Positions 42,191 to 52,328 of a stretch of 64,000 nucleotides of DNA are shown in pieces; positions within the stretch are counted from its first letter, which is position 1; each line of letters opens with the position of its first letter. This stretch comes from an uncultured Gammaproteobacteria bacterium (GTDB lineage: Bacteria; Pseudomonadota; Gammaproteobacteria; JACCXJ01): contig CAVXTM010000016.1 of the NCBI GenBank assembly GCA_963764725.1, positions 32,001 to 96,000 of the forward strand. The letters run 5' to 3'. Below the pieces are notes generated by a model. It was given only the letters and a program-made list of their open reading frames with translations, did no database searches and was not told the DNA's origin. The translations under genes and the position numbers were made by a program.

Positions 42191-42686
42191 GCCCGCCTGT
42201 GTCCCTGATGCGTTTCATGGCTGGGTTATCGGCAAGCACCCCTGGGTCCCCCCCCCCCCCCCAGGCCCCTCTCATGGCGCGACCACGAGGCTGACCAGTT
42301 GCGCTCTCGGCCGTGTCTCGTGCAGTCCAGCTCAAGGGGTGCGCGAACAGCGTGGCGACGCCAAAACGCTGGGAAATGCGTCGCTACGCAGTGACATTTG
42401 CGAGCCCGGTATTTTACCGCGCTGCAGTTCATCGTCGTGGTTGGGCGTGATCGACAAAGCGTGCTAACCGACTGACGACCTAGCCATAAATACGCCTACG
42501 GTCATCAAACGAAATGCTGACGACCTCGTTATGGCATGGGGCGTGCCTACTGCATTAAATCCATTCTGAACTTCGTTCTCACTGGTAGGAATCGAAGTGG
42601 GTGGTGCTATGTAAAGCAACAGGTGGTACGCGCCGATCGGCCACTATCTATCTGTATAGTTGTGCCTCAAATAAAGGGAGATTTAC

Positions 42687-43039
42687 ATGAGGAATTGGGC
42701 TGCGGTGTGTTATTAACTACTTTTCTTCTGGCTGCGTGCGCCACAGCGAGCAAGATATCTGGGGTGCAACTCGGAATGACAAAAGACGAAGTGTTCAGGG
42801 TCATGGGAAACCCGATCAGCGTTAGTGCGCTGGCTGGTTTAGAATATCTTGACTATGTCCTCTCAGAACCACACGACGATGCGTTCCAGGGCTGGACCAC
42901 GGCATACTACGTGAGGCCCGTTAAGACCACGCCATACTACGTGAGGCTCGTTAACGGAAACGTAGAGTCCTACGGTCGCACTGGCGACTTTGACAGCACT
43001 ACCGTCCGCCTGGAGAGCGATCACACAATAGGCTTGTGA
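42687..43039 (+). pseudogene. Small lipoprotein (SmpA/BamE-like) with an apparent frameshift in the signal peptide
   Basis: GGGAG RBS and ATG 42687 are out of frame with LLTTFLLAAC; GMTKDEV...MGNP; internal 30-bp tandem duplication. Confidence 0.6.
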
Positions 43040-43219
43040 AACCCCAATAACCGGATGCTGTCAAGGAGGACGATTTGAAAAGGCGCATGGAATGCTTCAC
43101 AACCAAGATCTTGGAGTTTCCCCTACGGGAGGTACTGCACCTACCCCGTCTCGCTACTCCTCACTGCAGGGCTTCTGAGCCTATCCCCGGGGACGCTCGC
43201 GGGCCCTTTCCCGGCCGCT

Positions 43220-43340
43220 CTACGACGGGCCACGATGCGCGGCCGGCCCCCAATTTGGTGAAGCGGTGTTCACGGCGGATCGCTCCGACCAGCTTTGGGT
43301 CGCCGACAGCACCTACGTACCGACCTTGGATGGGGATCGT
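43220..43340 (+). mobile_element. IS3-family transposase fragment
   Basis: DARPAPNLVKR / FTADRSDQLWVADSTYVPT. Confidence 0.7.
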
Positions 43341-43409
43341 CGGTGCGCGACGAGCCGGACGCTTTGCAGGATGGCCGGTGCCGCTTTCGCTTCCCCGCCG
43401 AAGACACCC

Positions 43410-43624
43410 CCTGCCATAAGCTTCCGAACGCCTTCCGCTTCATGACCCGAGGTTTGGGCACACAAGAGACCCGATCGAACGATATCTTAAGCGTATTGAT
43501 GTTTCAGCCAGACTACTTGCGACGGTTACTGGAGTTGGGCTATGCGGATGCAGAGACGCGCCGCGAGGAAATCGCCGCGTTCTTCGTGAAAAGCTATGTA
43601 TGCCCGGATCCGGCAACTGTATGA
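43410..43624 (+). pseudogene. C-terminal remnant of a patatin-like phospholipase
   Basis: LPNAFRFMTRGLG...DILS.LMFQPDYLRRLLELGYADA. Confidence 0.65.
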
Positions 43625-43735
43625 TGCGATCGCTGTCGTGCGAGTTTTGGTGATCGTTGGTGATCATTGCCCGGGGGCATTGTAGACATGACGTTCTCCT
43701 CCGATCAGAATGAGTGGTTCGACGTTCTTGTCATT

Positions 43736-44425
43736 CTAAAAGCCGACATTGATTTTAGCAGCAAGCCCCCGGATCCGGTCCGACTCGTACACGTGGACCC
43801 CGCGGGTGGCGTCCTTGGCAATCCGGATCATCGCCGCGGCGACCGCCCGCGCCGCGATCGGCCGGTACTTACCAAGCGGGCCGACGAACATGAATCCGAG
43901 TGCCCGTCCCGCGAGGATCGCGAGCCGCTCTCCGGGACGGCGCTCCCGGCGGTCACCGAGGAGCAGCGAGGGCCGGAAGATGTGTACGCCATCGAACGGC
44001 AGCTTCCGAACCGCATCCTCCACCTCGCCCTTCACCCGGCTATAGAAGACCCTCGATTGGGGATCCGCACCCAGTGCGCTCACTAAGAGGAACTGGCTGG
44101 CGCGGTGACGGGAGGCGAGCTGCGCGAGCTCTTGGACATAGGTGAAGTCCACCCTGCGGAACGCCGCCTCTGAGCCCGCGTGCTTCATGGTGGTGCCCAG
44201 ACAGCAGAAGACGTCGTCGACCCTCGGGACGTCATCGAGCTCCGCTAGCCGGTCGAAGTCGACCATCCGCTGCACCAACTTGCGGTGCGTGGTTCCGATC
44301 TCCCGCCGGCCCAGCACCGCGACCTGCTCCCAGGCGTCGCCTTGGAGCAGCAGCTCCAGGCAGTGACCGCCCACGAGCCCGGTCGCGCCGGCAAGGAGCG
44401 CGGTGCGCCTGCCCGGTGTGACCAT
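43736..44425 (-). CDS. NAD(P)-binding oxidoreductase, YraR/HTATIP2-like
   Basis: GATGLVG, FCCLGTT..HAGS, VSALGAD, FY.RVKG, RPSLLLG. Confidence 0.9.
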   Translation of the reverse strand: MVTPGRRTALLAGATGLVGGHCLELLLQGDAWEQVAVLGRREIGTTHRKLVQRMVDFDRLAELDDVPRVDDVFCCLGTTMKHAGSEAAFRRVDFTYVQELAQLASRHRASQFLLVSALGADPQSRVFYSRVKGEVEDAVRKLPFDGVHIFRPSLLLGDRRERRPGERLAILAGRALGFMFVGPLGKYRPIAARAVAAAMIRIAKDATRGVHVYESDRIRGLAAKINVGF

Positions 44426-44428
44426 GCT

Positions 44429-44854
44429 TTACGTTTCGAGCTTGGCGTCCATCGTGATTCTCGCATTCAGCACCTTCGAGACCGGACACCCTGCCTTGGC
44501 ATTATTCGCTGCCGTCTCAAATGCCTGCGGATCTGCTCCCGGTATTTTCGCCGTCACCTCCAGATGGACGGCCGTAATGGTGAATCCCCCCTCCGTCTTA
44601 TCCAGAGTCACATTGGCCGTGGTGCGAATGCTCTCGGCTGTCATGCCGGCATCTCCCAACTGAGCAGAGAGAGCCATCGAGAAACAGCCCGCATGTGCGG
44701 CGGCAATCAACTCCTCTGGATTGGTGCCGACTCCCTGCTCGAAGCGGGTGCTGAAGGAGTACTGAGTGTCTGACAAAACACCACTATCGGTCGAAATAGT
44801 GCCTTTCCCGTCCTTGAGACCGCCTTTCCATACCGCTGAAGCTTTACGTTTCAT
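44429..44854 (-). CDS. osmC: OsmC-family peroxiredoxin
   Basis: GGAGG RBS; [28 protein letters not shown]. Confidence 0.95.
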   Translation of the reverse strand: MKRKASAVWKGGLKDGKGTISTDSGVLSDTQYSFSTRFEQGVGTNPEELIAAAHAGCFSMALSAQLGDAGMTAESIRTTANVTLDKTEGGFTITAVHLEVTAKIPGADPQAFETAANNAKAGCPVSKVLNARITMDAKLET

Positions 44855-45022
44855 AATTCCTCCTGCTATCAATCGTTATTTCGTGAAAAAGCAATAGCCA
44901 TTCAGCACTCAGTTGTTGCAGGACCACTTTCGCTGGGATTGGGACAACGCGGGATGCAAGACGCCCCCAACAGGCGGGCGCCGACTGCGGACGCCCTGTG
45001 ATTCGTGCCAGGAAGGCCGCGA

Positions 45023-47437
45023 TCAAGTCGAAAGCGCAGCAAGCAACGCGTCCTCGACTCTTTCGATCCAGACAAAATTCAGTTGATTGCGCGCGCCCTC
45101 TGGAATGTCTTCCAGATCCTTTTGGTTACGCGCAGGCAGGAGCACCGTTTTGATTCCGGCACGCGCCGCCGCCAACACTTTTTCCTTGATCCCGCCCACG
45201 GGAAGCACGAGACCGCGCAGGCTGATTTCACCGGTCATCGCGGTGTCGCTGCGAACCGCTTTGCCGATCAAGAGTGAAGCGAGCGCGATGAACATGGCAA
45301 CTCCAGCGCTCGGGCCGTCTTTCGGTATCGCCCCCGCCGGGACATGGACGTGAATATCTTTCTTGTCAAACGCATCGTCTGCAACATTGATCTCGGCGGC
45401 GCGCGATTTGACGAGACTCAAGGCAGCCTGCGCGGACTCTTTCATCACCTCCCCAAGCTGACCGGTAAGAATCAGTTTTCCGTTGCCCGGAACGCGAGTC
45501 GCTTCCACAAACAAAATGTCCCCGCCAACCGGTGTCCACGCCAAACCGGTCGCAACTCCCGGCGTGCTCGTCCGCATCGCGATTTCGCTTTCAAATTGTT
45601 TCGCACCGAGAACGGAATGCAAGTCTGCGGTCTCAATGTTGACGCGCGCGGTCGCACCCTCTGCGATGCGCATCGCGGCACTGCGGAAAGCTGTGCCAAT
45701 CTGCCGCTCGAGGTTGCGCACGCCGGCTTCGCGGGTGTAGTCATGAATAATCGCGCGTAACGCATCGTCGCTGATGCCACTCTGCTCAGAAGACAAGCCG
45801 TTTGCTTCGAGCTGCTTTTTCACCAGATACCGGCGCGCGATCTCGATTTTTTCCTCCTCAGTGTAGCCGGGAAGTTGGATCACTTCCATGCGGTCGCGTA
45901 AGGGGCCGGGGATGGTGTCGAGAATATTGGCGGTGCCGATGAACATGACTTTGGAAAGGTCGAACGGCAGCGCGAGGTAATTGTCGCGGAAGGTCGCGTT
46001 TTGTTCGGGGTCGAGCACTTCGAGCAGGGCGGAAGAGGGGTCTCCGTGAAACCCGGCACCGAGCTTATCCATCTCATCAAGCATGAACACCGGGTTACGC
46101 GTTCCCGCCTTGCGTATTGCCTGAATAATGTTTCCGGGCAAGGCGCCTATGTAGGTGCGGCGGTGCCCGCGGATTTCCGCTTCGTCGTGCACGCCGCCGA
46201 GACTGATCCTTATGAATTTGCGGCCGGTCGCTCGCGCGATGCTTTGTCCGAGCGAAGTCTTGCCGACGCCGGGCGGCCCGACAAAACAAAGGATCGGGCT
46301 CTTGCCCTCGGGATTGAGCTTGCGCACCGCGAGGTACTCGAGTATGCGGCGCTTGATTTTTTCCAGCCCGTAGTGGTCCTCATCAAGAATTTTGCGCGCC
46401 TCTGCAATATCGATGGTGCTATCAGTCAAGATCGACCATGGCAATTCGGTGAGCCACTCGAGGTAAGTGCGCACCATCGAATATTCAGCCGCGGCGTCGG
46501 GCATGCGCTCCAATCGCCGCAACTCCTTGCGTGCGTACTCTTCCGCTTCCGCCGGCATTTTCGCTTGCGTGATCGCTTGAGACAACTCTGCGACCTCAGC
46601 CGCGTTCTGATCTGTTTCGCCCAGCTCCTTCTGTATCGTCTTCAGTTGCTCGCGCAGCAGATACTCGCGCTGCCGCTCGTCCATGCTTTCCTTCGTGCGT
46701 TGTCCGATGTCGCGCGACAAACGCAAGACCTCAAGCCGGTGGGCGAGAAACGCCAATACTTTGTCGAGCCGCACCTGCACGTCAAACGTCTCGAGAATAT
46801 CTTGCTTCTCCGCGGGTTTCAGGTCCATAAAGTGTGCGCTGAGATCAGCGAGCGCGGAGGCGGATTGCACTCCTTGCAGCGCACTGGCAAGCTCCTCCGG
46901 CGGTTGCGGCAGCAGTTGTAACGCTTCGACTGCGCGCTCTTTAAGGTGAAGCATTCGCGCTTCGATCTCGCGGTTTGTATGCGCTGACTCCTCGATGAGT
47001 TCAATACGGCCGACCAGAAACGGGTAGCCCTCGATAAATTGCGTGATGCGAAAACGCTGCTCGCCCTGGCAGATCACATGATGCGTTCCGTCGCGGCCAG
47101 TAACGTAGCGCACGACGTTGGCCAACGTTCCCACCCAGTGCAAATCGTCCGGGGTGGGAGATTCCGCTTCGGCGTTGCGTTGCAAGACGACCCCAATAGG
47201 GCGCTCGCTGCGCGTCGCCTCTTGCGCCGCGGCGACCGACTGTTTGCGGCCAACTGTCAGCGGAAGAATGATCCCGGGGAACAGGACCAGGTTGCGTACC
47301 GGCACAATCGGTATGGCGTGCTCCGGCAGGCGCGGGAAATCACGCACCGCGGCGCTTGCCTGGGCATCGCTTGCTTCAGGTTTTTGGTCGCGTCGCAATT
47401 CGGCATTCAAGTTTTCAGCGTTCATTGTTTCGATCAC
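45023..47437 (-). CDS. lon: ATP-dependent Lon protease
   Basis: [32 protein letters not shown] (catalytic Ser), GGIKEK (catalytic Lys). Confidence 0.97.
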   Translation of the reverse strand: MIETMNAENLNAELRRDQKPEASDAQASAAVRDFPRLPEHAIPIVPVRNLVLFPGIILPLTVGRKQSVAAAQEATRSERPIGVVLQRNAEAESPTPDDLHWVGTLANVVRYVTGRDGTHHVICQGEQRFRITQFIEGYPFLVGRIELIEESAHTNREIEARMLHLKERAVEALQLLPQPPEELASALQGVQSASALADLSAHFMDLKPAEKQDILETFDVQVRLDKVLAFLAHRLEVLRLSRDIGQRTKESMDERQREYLLREQLKTIQKELGETDQNAAEVAELSQAITQAKMPAEAEEYARKELRRLERMPDAAAEYSMVRTYLEWLTELPWSILTDSTIDIAEARKILDEDHYGLEKIKRRILEYLAVRKLNPEGKSPILCFVGPPGVGKTSLGQSIARATGRKFIRISLGGVHDEAEIRGHRRTYIGALPGNIIQAIRKAGTRNPVFMLDEMDKLGAGFHGDPSSALLEVLDPEQNATFRDNYLALPFDLSKVMFIGTANILDTIPGPLRDRMEVIQLPGYTEEEKIEIARRYLVKKQLEANGLSSEQSGISDDALRAIIHDYTREAGVRNLERQIGTAFRSAAMRIAEGATARVNIETADLHSVLGAKQFESEIAMRTSTPGVATGLAWTPVGGDILFVEATRVPGNGKLILTGQLGEVMKESAQAALSLVKSRAAEINVADDAFDKKDIHVHVPAGAIPKDGPSAGVAMFIALASLLIGKAVRSDTAMTGEISLRGLVLPVGGIKEKVLAAARAGIKTVLLPARNQKDLEDIPEGARNQLNFVWIERVEDALLAALST

Positions 47438-47829
47438 GCCTTACCTAGTGTCAGAATAAGACAACCATCGATGAGATCTCGCCGTATCAGTTCTACTGCT
47501 TGGGTTGGCAGCGCGATTCGGCGCTCGAAGCGCCCGTGCGGTATTTCCAGCCGGTGTATCAGCGCCGCGCGCATTCCCGATGGGAGCAATCTTTCACCGG
47601 AAATCACAAGGCCGTCCGCTTCAAACAGGATTTCAATCTGTTGCGTGCTGACTCCGGGCAAAGCAACACACACAAAAATTTCGCGCTCGGTCTCAACCAT
47701 ATCTACCGGCGGCTCCCACGCGGGGCAGTGTTCGCCAATGAAGAAGAATTGCCGCTGCAACTGCTCCGCTCGTGCGAGCAGCTCGCACGCTTCTGCCCAC
47801 ATCAAAGCCGTGGGATCACGCATTTTCAA
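47434..47829 (-). CDS. Hsp20/alpha-crystallin small heat-shock protein
   Basis: WEPPVD..E, ALPGV, ISGER, EI..G.FERRI.LP, DG.L; overlaps the lon start. Confidence 0.92.
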   Translation of the reverse strand: MKMRDPTALMWAEACELLARAEQLQRQFFFIGEHCPAWEPPVDMVETEREIFVCVALPGVSTQQIEILFEADGLVISGERLLPSGMRAALIHRLEIPHGRFERRIALPTQAVELIRRDLIDGCLILTLGKA

Positions 47830-48037
47830 TCCTCGTCCACAAGCTGGTGTTGCACCAGTTCGCTTTTAAACATTCTTTCTTAAAACCCTTTCACCGCAAA
47901 CGTGGATGTCACGCTTTGGAGGTGGCGCGTGCCGACTCGCCAGCAGTCCAAAAGATTAGGCCATATTCGGCTTTTTCAACAGGCCTCCGGCACGGACGCT
48001 TCTTGAGCTCGTAATTCCATCCGATCCACCGCGGGAA

Positions 48038-48229
48038 CCGGCGGTCACCGAGGAGCAGCGAGGGCCGGAAGATGTGTACGCCATCGAAGGGCGGCTTCCG
48101 AACCGCGTTCTCCATTTCACCTTTCACCCGGCGGTAGGAGACCCTCGATTGGCGATCCGCACCCAGTGCGCTCACCATGAGGAACTGGCCGGCGCGGTGC
48201 CGGGAGAGGCGAGCTGCGCGGGCTCCTGG
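48038..48229 (-). repeat. Diverged ~190-bp partial duplicate of the YraR-like gene (43946-44135)
   Basis: Near-identical DNA; peptide VSALGAD.QSRV.Y.RVKGE.E.AVRK.PFDGVHIFRPSLLLGDRR. Confidence 0.88.
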
Positions 48230-48654
48230 CTGGCCCCTGCTGGTTCAAGCCGCACAGTAGACGCCCAGTTTTCGATGGGCAGGCCAGGATAGACGCGGAA
48301 ATCCTGTTCATTATTGGTGACTAGGGTGAGCCCCCGACTTAACGCATGAGCGGCAATGAGTTTGTCCAACGCGTCAGTGGTGCGCTCGCGCGTGGCAAGG
48401 CGGACTGGACCGTAGGCCGCCGCCGCATCCTCATCAAACGCGATGGCAGGCACCGCCTCCAGGAGCGCTGCCACTTGATCTTCCTGAACTGTACGGTCGG
48501 CCGTACGACATTCGACACCATACCGAAGCTCTGCCAGTGTGATGGCCGACATGACTACGTCACCTTCGACGCAGTCGGCCAGCTTCGCCACGACTTCTCG
48601 CGGATGGTGCCTTATCAGGTAGATACAGATGTTCGTGTCGAGCATGTATCTCAT
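48172..48654 (-). CDS. vapC: VapC PIN-domain toxin (C-terminus reads into the YraR-like remnant)
   Basis: YMLDTNICIY, ITLAEL.YG, D.LIAAHA, LVTNN..DF, ENW. Confidence 0.93.
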   Translation of the reverse strand: MRYMLDTNICIYLIRHHPREVVAKLADCVEGDVVMSAITLAELRYGVECRTADRTVQEDQVAALLEAVPAIAFDEDAAAAYGPVRLATRERTTDALDKLIAAHALSRGLTLVTNNEQDFRVYPGLPIENWASTVRLEPAGASQEPAQLASPGTAPASSSW

Positions 48655-48887
48655 AGCGGCTCGCGTTCAAGCTGCATCTGATGCTGTCGATCGGGAAAGT
48701 CGGGCGACGGACCTAACGCAAGAAAACGCCCGAGTGTCTCACGCATCGAACGTCGTTGCGGACGGAGGATGAGCGTATCGCCGTGGCGTTCGATCTCAAG
48801 CAAGATGTCCATGCGTTCGAACTGCAATTCCTTTGGGATACGTACCGCTTGTGAATTACCGCTCTTGAAGATACGCGTGGTTGACAT
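48651..48887 (-). CDS. vapB: VapB/AbrB-family antitoxin
   Basis: TRIFKSGNSQAVRIPKE; ATGA overlap with vapC. Confidence 0.93.
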   Translation of the reverse strand: MSTTRIFKSGNSQAVRIPKELQFERMDILLEIERHGDTLILRPQRRSMRETLGRFLALGPSPDFPDRQHQMQLEREPL

Positions 48888-49004
48888 GAAGGTCTTCGTA
48901 GCTCAATGTATATCCAAGTATATACACGGCGAAGTATGGCGGCAAGCCTCTGTGGCACAAACAAGGCGTTGCGGTCCTTCACTGCATCTGCCGGGACGGA
49001 CGAT

Positions 49005-49171
49005 ACACCGGTATCTCGCCAGGCCGCGACCTCATCGCGAACCTTGGCGACCAGCTGCGGCCGTAGCTTTTCGTAGGCCGTGCTCCGCAACTCTTCCGGG
49101 GCCGGAAACCAGCGCCGGTCCGGTGGCAGCACCGCGTACGGCGATTCAGGGAAGTCAGGATGCAGTGCCAA
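49005..49171 (-). pseudogene. N-terminal remnant of a type III restriction Res-like subunit
   Basis: (L)ALHPDFPESPYAVL.P..RWFPA.EELR...YEKL.P.LV.KVR..V..WRDTG resembles Res N-termini, recognised from memory. Confidence 0.6.
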
Positions 49172-49511
49172 TGGGTCACGATGCGTGTAAGGCGGGGTAT
49201 ACAATTAACGCCTTTTTGCTCCGATAGGAAAGTACTGAGGGCCGGCGCTGTTGTCAATCACAGTGCACATCGAGCGAAATCCGAAGATTTGATGAAGTTG
49301 CGGAATCAAGCGGGCAGTGGCGTATAGGTGACGCTGTCCAAATAGGTGCTTCGGACCGTCGGTGAAGAGTGTAGAACAATGCTTCCTTGAGCGATCCTGG
49401 ATGAGTGCGATGAAAGGAGTTCTTCCAAACGTGCAGCACACCGCGGGGCAGCGTAAACGATGACCTCGACCCACTGATCAACGCTGGCTATACGGAGAGA
49501 AGCGATCGTCC

Positions 49512-50282
49512 ATGTGCCAACTCCTGGGTATGAACTGCAATGTGCCGACCGACATCTGTTTTTCCTTTGAAGGCTTCCGTGTTCGCGGCGGGCTGACCGA
49601 CCACCACCGCGACGGCTGGGGGATCGCTTTCTTCGAAGGCCGCGGTTGCCGGGTCTACTTGGATTCCAAGGCCACGATCGAATCGCCGGTGGCCGATCTG
49701 GTCCGGAACTACCCCATTCGTTCGGCGAATGTCATCGCCCACATCCGGAAAGCGACCCGGGGTCGGATAGCGTTGGAGAATTGCCATCCATTTCAGCGCG
49801 AGCTCTGGGGCCAATATTGGCTCTTCGCGCATAACGGCACGCTCGAAAATTTCGACCCTGCCGTCTGCGAGGTCTTCCGGCCGGTCGGAGAGACCGATAG
49901 CGAGAGCGCCTTCTGCTACCTGCTCGAAGGGTTGCGCCGGGAGTTCCCGGTAGGGCCTCCGGGCTGTCGCGATACCTATCAGGTACTGACACGCATTAAC
50001 TCCGCGATCGCCCGTCACGGCGACTTCAATTATTTGCTGTCTAACGGGGACGTCCTGTACGCACACTGTTCGACCAATCTCTATTTCATTACGCGCAAGG
50101 ATCCCTTTACCTCCGCGCACCTGGTTGATCAGGACGTCACGGTAGATTTCAGCACACTCACAAGACCCAGCGACAAGGTCTCGGTGATCGCGACACTGCC
50201 GCTCACCGATAACGAGGCATGGACGAGGCTGGAGCCCGGACAATTGCTGATGTTTCAGGACGGCGAGCCGGTAACGGTTTAA
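49512..50282 (+). CDS. yafJ: Class II glutamine amidotransferase, YafJ-like
   Basis: MCQLLGMN (N-terminal nucleophile Cys), H.DGWG, AHIRKAT.G, NCHPF, FAHNG, GETDSE. Confidence 0.92.
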   Translation: MCQLLGMNCNVPTDICFSFEGFRVRGGLTDHHRDGWGIAFFEGRGCRVYLDSKATIESPVADLVRNYPIRSANVIAHIRKATRGRIALENCHPFQRELWGQYWLFAHNGTLENFDPAVCEVFRPVGETDSESAFCYLLEGLRREFPVGPPGCRDTYQVLTRINSAIARHGDFNYLLSNGDVLYAHCSTNLYFITRKDPFTSAHLVDQDVTVDFSTLTRPSDKVSVIATLPLTDNEAWTRLEPGQLLMFQDGEPVTV

Positions 50283-50336
50283 GCGAATAATCCTTTCCCG
50301 ACCGGGCACGGTGGTGGATCGCCCGACCGCCCACAT

Positions 50337-50358
50337 AAAAAAGCCCCCTCGCGGGGGC
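50337..50358 (-). terminator. Rho-independent terminator-like hairpin
   Basis: GCCCCC-gcga-GGGGGC followed by T6 on the minus strand. Confidence 0.6.
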
Positions 50359-50501
50359 AAAGTTGTGGAGGCTAGGCTGTAGCGCATCTTAGGGGAGTTC
50401 GAGCCGTTGCGGAATGTGACAAATTGCCGCACGGCTGCATCGACGCAAGCGCCGAGTGTTGCAAATCACGCTGCAGTGATCTGGGATGGGCTACGAAAAT
50501 G

Positions 50502-51410
50502 GGCTCATCGTGAAAGTGAGTGGGTAGAAAATGATGTTTTCACAGCACCGGCAGCATGCAGGTAAGCACCTTAAGGCGCAGGTAATGCTGGTCGCGGAGT
50601 CCGTAGGCGCGGCGCTGGATGACGCGGATCTTGTTGTTGAGTCCTTCGACGAATCCGAGAGAGATCTTGTTCTCTGGTTTGCAATAAGCAGCGATCCCAT
50701 CCCAATGGCGCTCGATCATCTCGGCGAATTTCTCGTACGGTTTCAGGCGCTGCCATTTAAGCGCGTTGCGCCAGTTTTCGAAGAAACGTCGCGCCCAGGC
50801 TTCGCGCTCGTAGCACCACAACTGGCCGAAGGATTCCTTGAGCAGATAAGCGGTATTCAATCGCTTGTTGGCGGCGAGGAGCCTTTTCAGGGCGGCTCGA
50901 CCATCGAGGGTCAGATGCTCCCGCCGGGAGAGCAGCGTATACCTTTGACCCTTGATGTAGCTCCGTTTCTCGCCGCTGAGCCGGGCATACTCCTCCTTGC
51001 GGATCTTATCGAGCGCCTCACCCAGGTGACGCATCACGTGAAATTTATCGAACAGGATAGCCGCCTGGGGTGCTTGTTCTCTGGTACTGTTGCGAAACGG
51101 CTTCCACATGTCCATCACGGCCAAGCGTACCCCCTTGGTTTTACGTGGCCCCAGCCAGGTGAAGAATTCGTCCATGCTGGCCTCCGAGCGACCGGTTCCG
51201 CCGAACCAAATGGGTCGGCCACGGAGGAGATCGCTGACCACGATGCGATAGGTGTGACCCTTGCGGATGGCGATCTCATCGATGCCGATAACCGCAGGTC
51301 CTGGCCGGCCAGCCCGTGCAAGCTGCGCACCCATGTATTGCTTGTCCAACTCCTTGACCGTCTGCCAGTCGAGATCCAACTCATCGGCCACCGCTTTGAT
51401 GGTGCTCGTG
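50502..51410 (-). mobile_element. ISL3-family element, 3' part (5' truncated)
   Basis: IGIDE, MDMWKP, FDKFHV, VEGLNNKI..I.RRAYG; end sequence GGCTCATCGTGAAAGTGAGTGGG. Confidence 0.9.
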
Positions 51411-51753
51411 CGCCAGCTCGCGCTCAGTTGCGGGACGGTGGAGTTGCAGCGGCCGCGGGTACGGGGGGAGGAGGAGCGCTTTGAGAGTCGGCTCTTACCC
51501 TTGTTTGTTCGCCGGACGGAGGGCGTTGCGGAGTTGCTTCCCACCTTATATCTGCACGGGCTGTCGATGGGGGATTTTGAGCTAGCGCTCCGTGGGCTGC
51601 TCGGGGACGGGGCGCCGCTCTCGGGGAGTTCGATTGCGCGGCTGAAGACGAAATGGCAGGGAGAATATGCGGTTTGGAGTCAACGCTCTCTCGCGGAGTT
51701 GGAGGTCGTCTATCTGGGTCGACGGGGTGTATGTAAAAGCCGGATTGGAGAAG
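51411..51753 (+). mobile_element. IS256-family transposase, N-terminal fragment
   Basis: G.VELQRPRVR...FES.LLP...LYLHGLS.GDF..AL..LLG...VDGVYVKAGLEK, cut by the IS3 end at 51754. Confidence 0.85.
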
Positions 51754-51822
51754 TGATCTTGTAAGCTTTCGATAGACGACTTAATCGAGGTAAATTGGAG
51801 TGGACCACGAGAGGAGTCGGAG

Positions 51823-52091
51823 ATGGAGAAACTTAAGCGGCGGCAGTTTACCGCCGAGTTCAAGATAGAAGCGGTGAAGCTGGTGCTCGAGCAGGGCTAC
51901 AGCTATGCCGAGGCAGGCAAACGATTGGGGGTTCTGGCGAAGTTGATAAAGGCGTGGGCAAAGAAATATCGGGGGGGGGGTGAATTGGTTGCCGGTGCGC
52001 CGCGCTTGCGGGTGACACCGGAGCAGCAGGAGCTCAGCCGGTTGCGCCAGGAGGTGCAACGATTGCGGATGGAACGTGACATTCTAAAAAA
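51823..52091 (+). pseudogene. IS3 OrfA interrupted at its frameshift site by IS110
   Basis: RRQFTAEFKIEAVKLV...LRMERDILK, then IS110. Confidence 0.88.
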
Positions 52092-52149
52092 CCTTCTAAG
52101 GGGCGTGCCCACTACCTGTAGGAGTAGAAACTCCGGTGATTTTATACTG

Positions 52150-52300
52150 CCCCGGACGAAGGGAGCGGCCGTTGGCTTTTTGGTGGCATTGACCCCGTAA
52201 AAAAACGTGGTCCAGGGACAGTAGCGCACTTGGCAGTGGTGACACCGTTTCGGTGATCCCGGTTAGGAAAGTGATGATTGAGCGCCGTCCCGCCCTTCGA
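52150..52300 (+). ncRNA. Putative IS110 bridge RNA
   Basis: TATACT at 52143-52148; closing stem CGAAGGG/CCCTTCG; two internal-loop hairpins carrying target- and donor-matching segments. Confidence 0.7.
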
Positions 52301-52328
52301 TTCTTTTGGCAAACGGTGGAGAACGAAG

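Noticed and set aside
42248-42262. Poly-C tract as a phase-variation switch
   Set aside because: It is not in a recognisable gene or promoter, and homopolymer length is unreliable.
49205-49480. Possible DUF1810 remnant (SLKEA, HQIFG, FRS)
   Set aside because: Only scattered short matches in different frames.
50540-51544. Apparently complete ISL3 transposase
   Set aside because: The first ~45 codons are antisense IS256 sequence, and the real N-terminus is missing.
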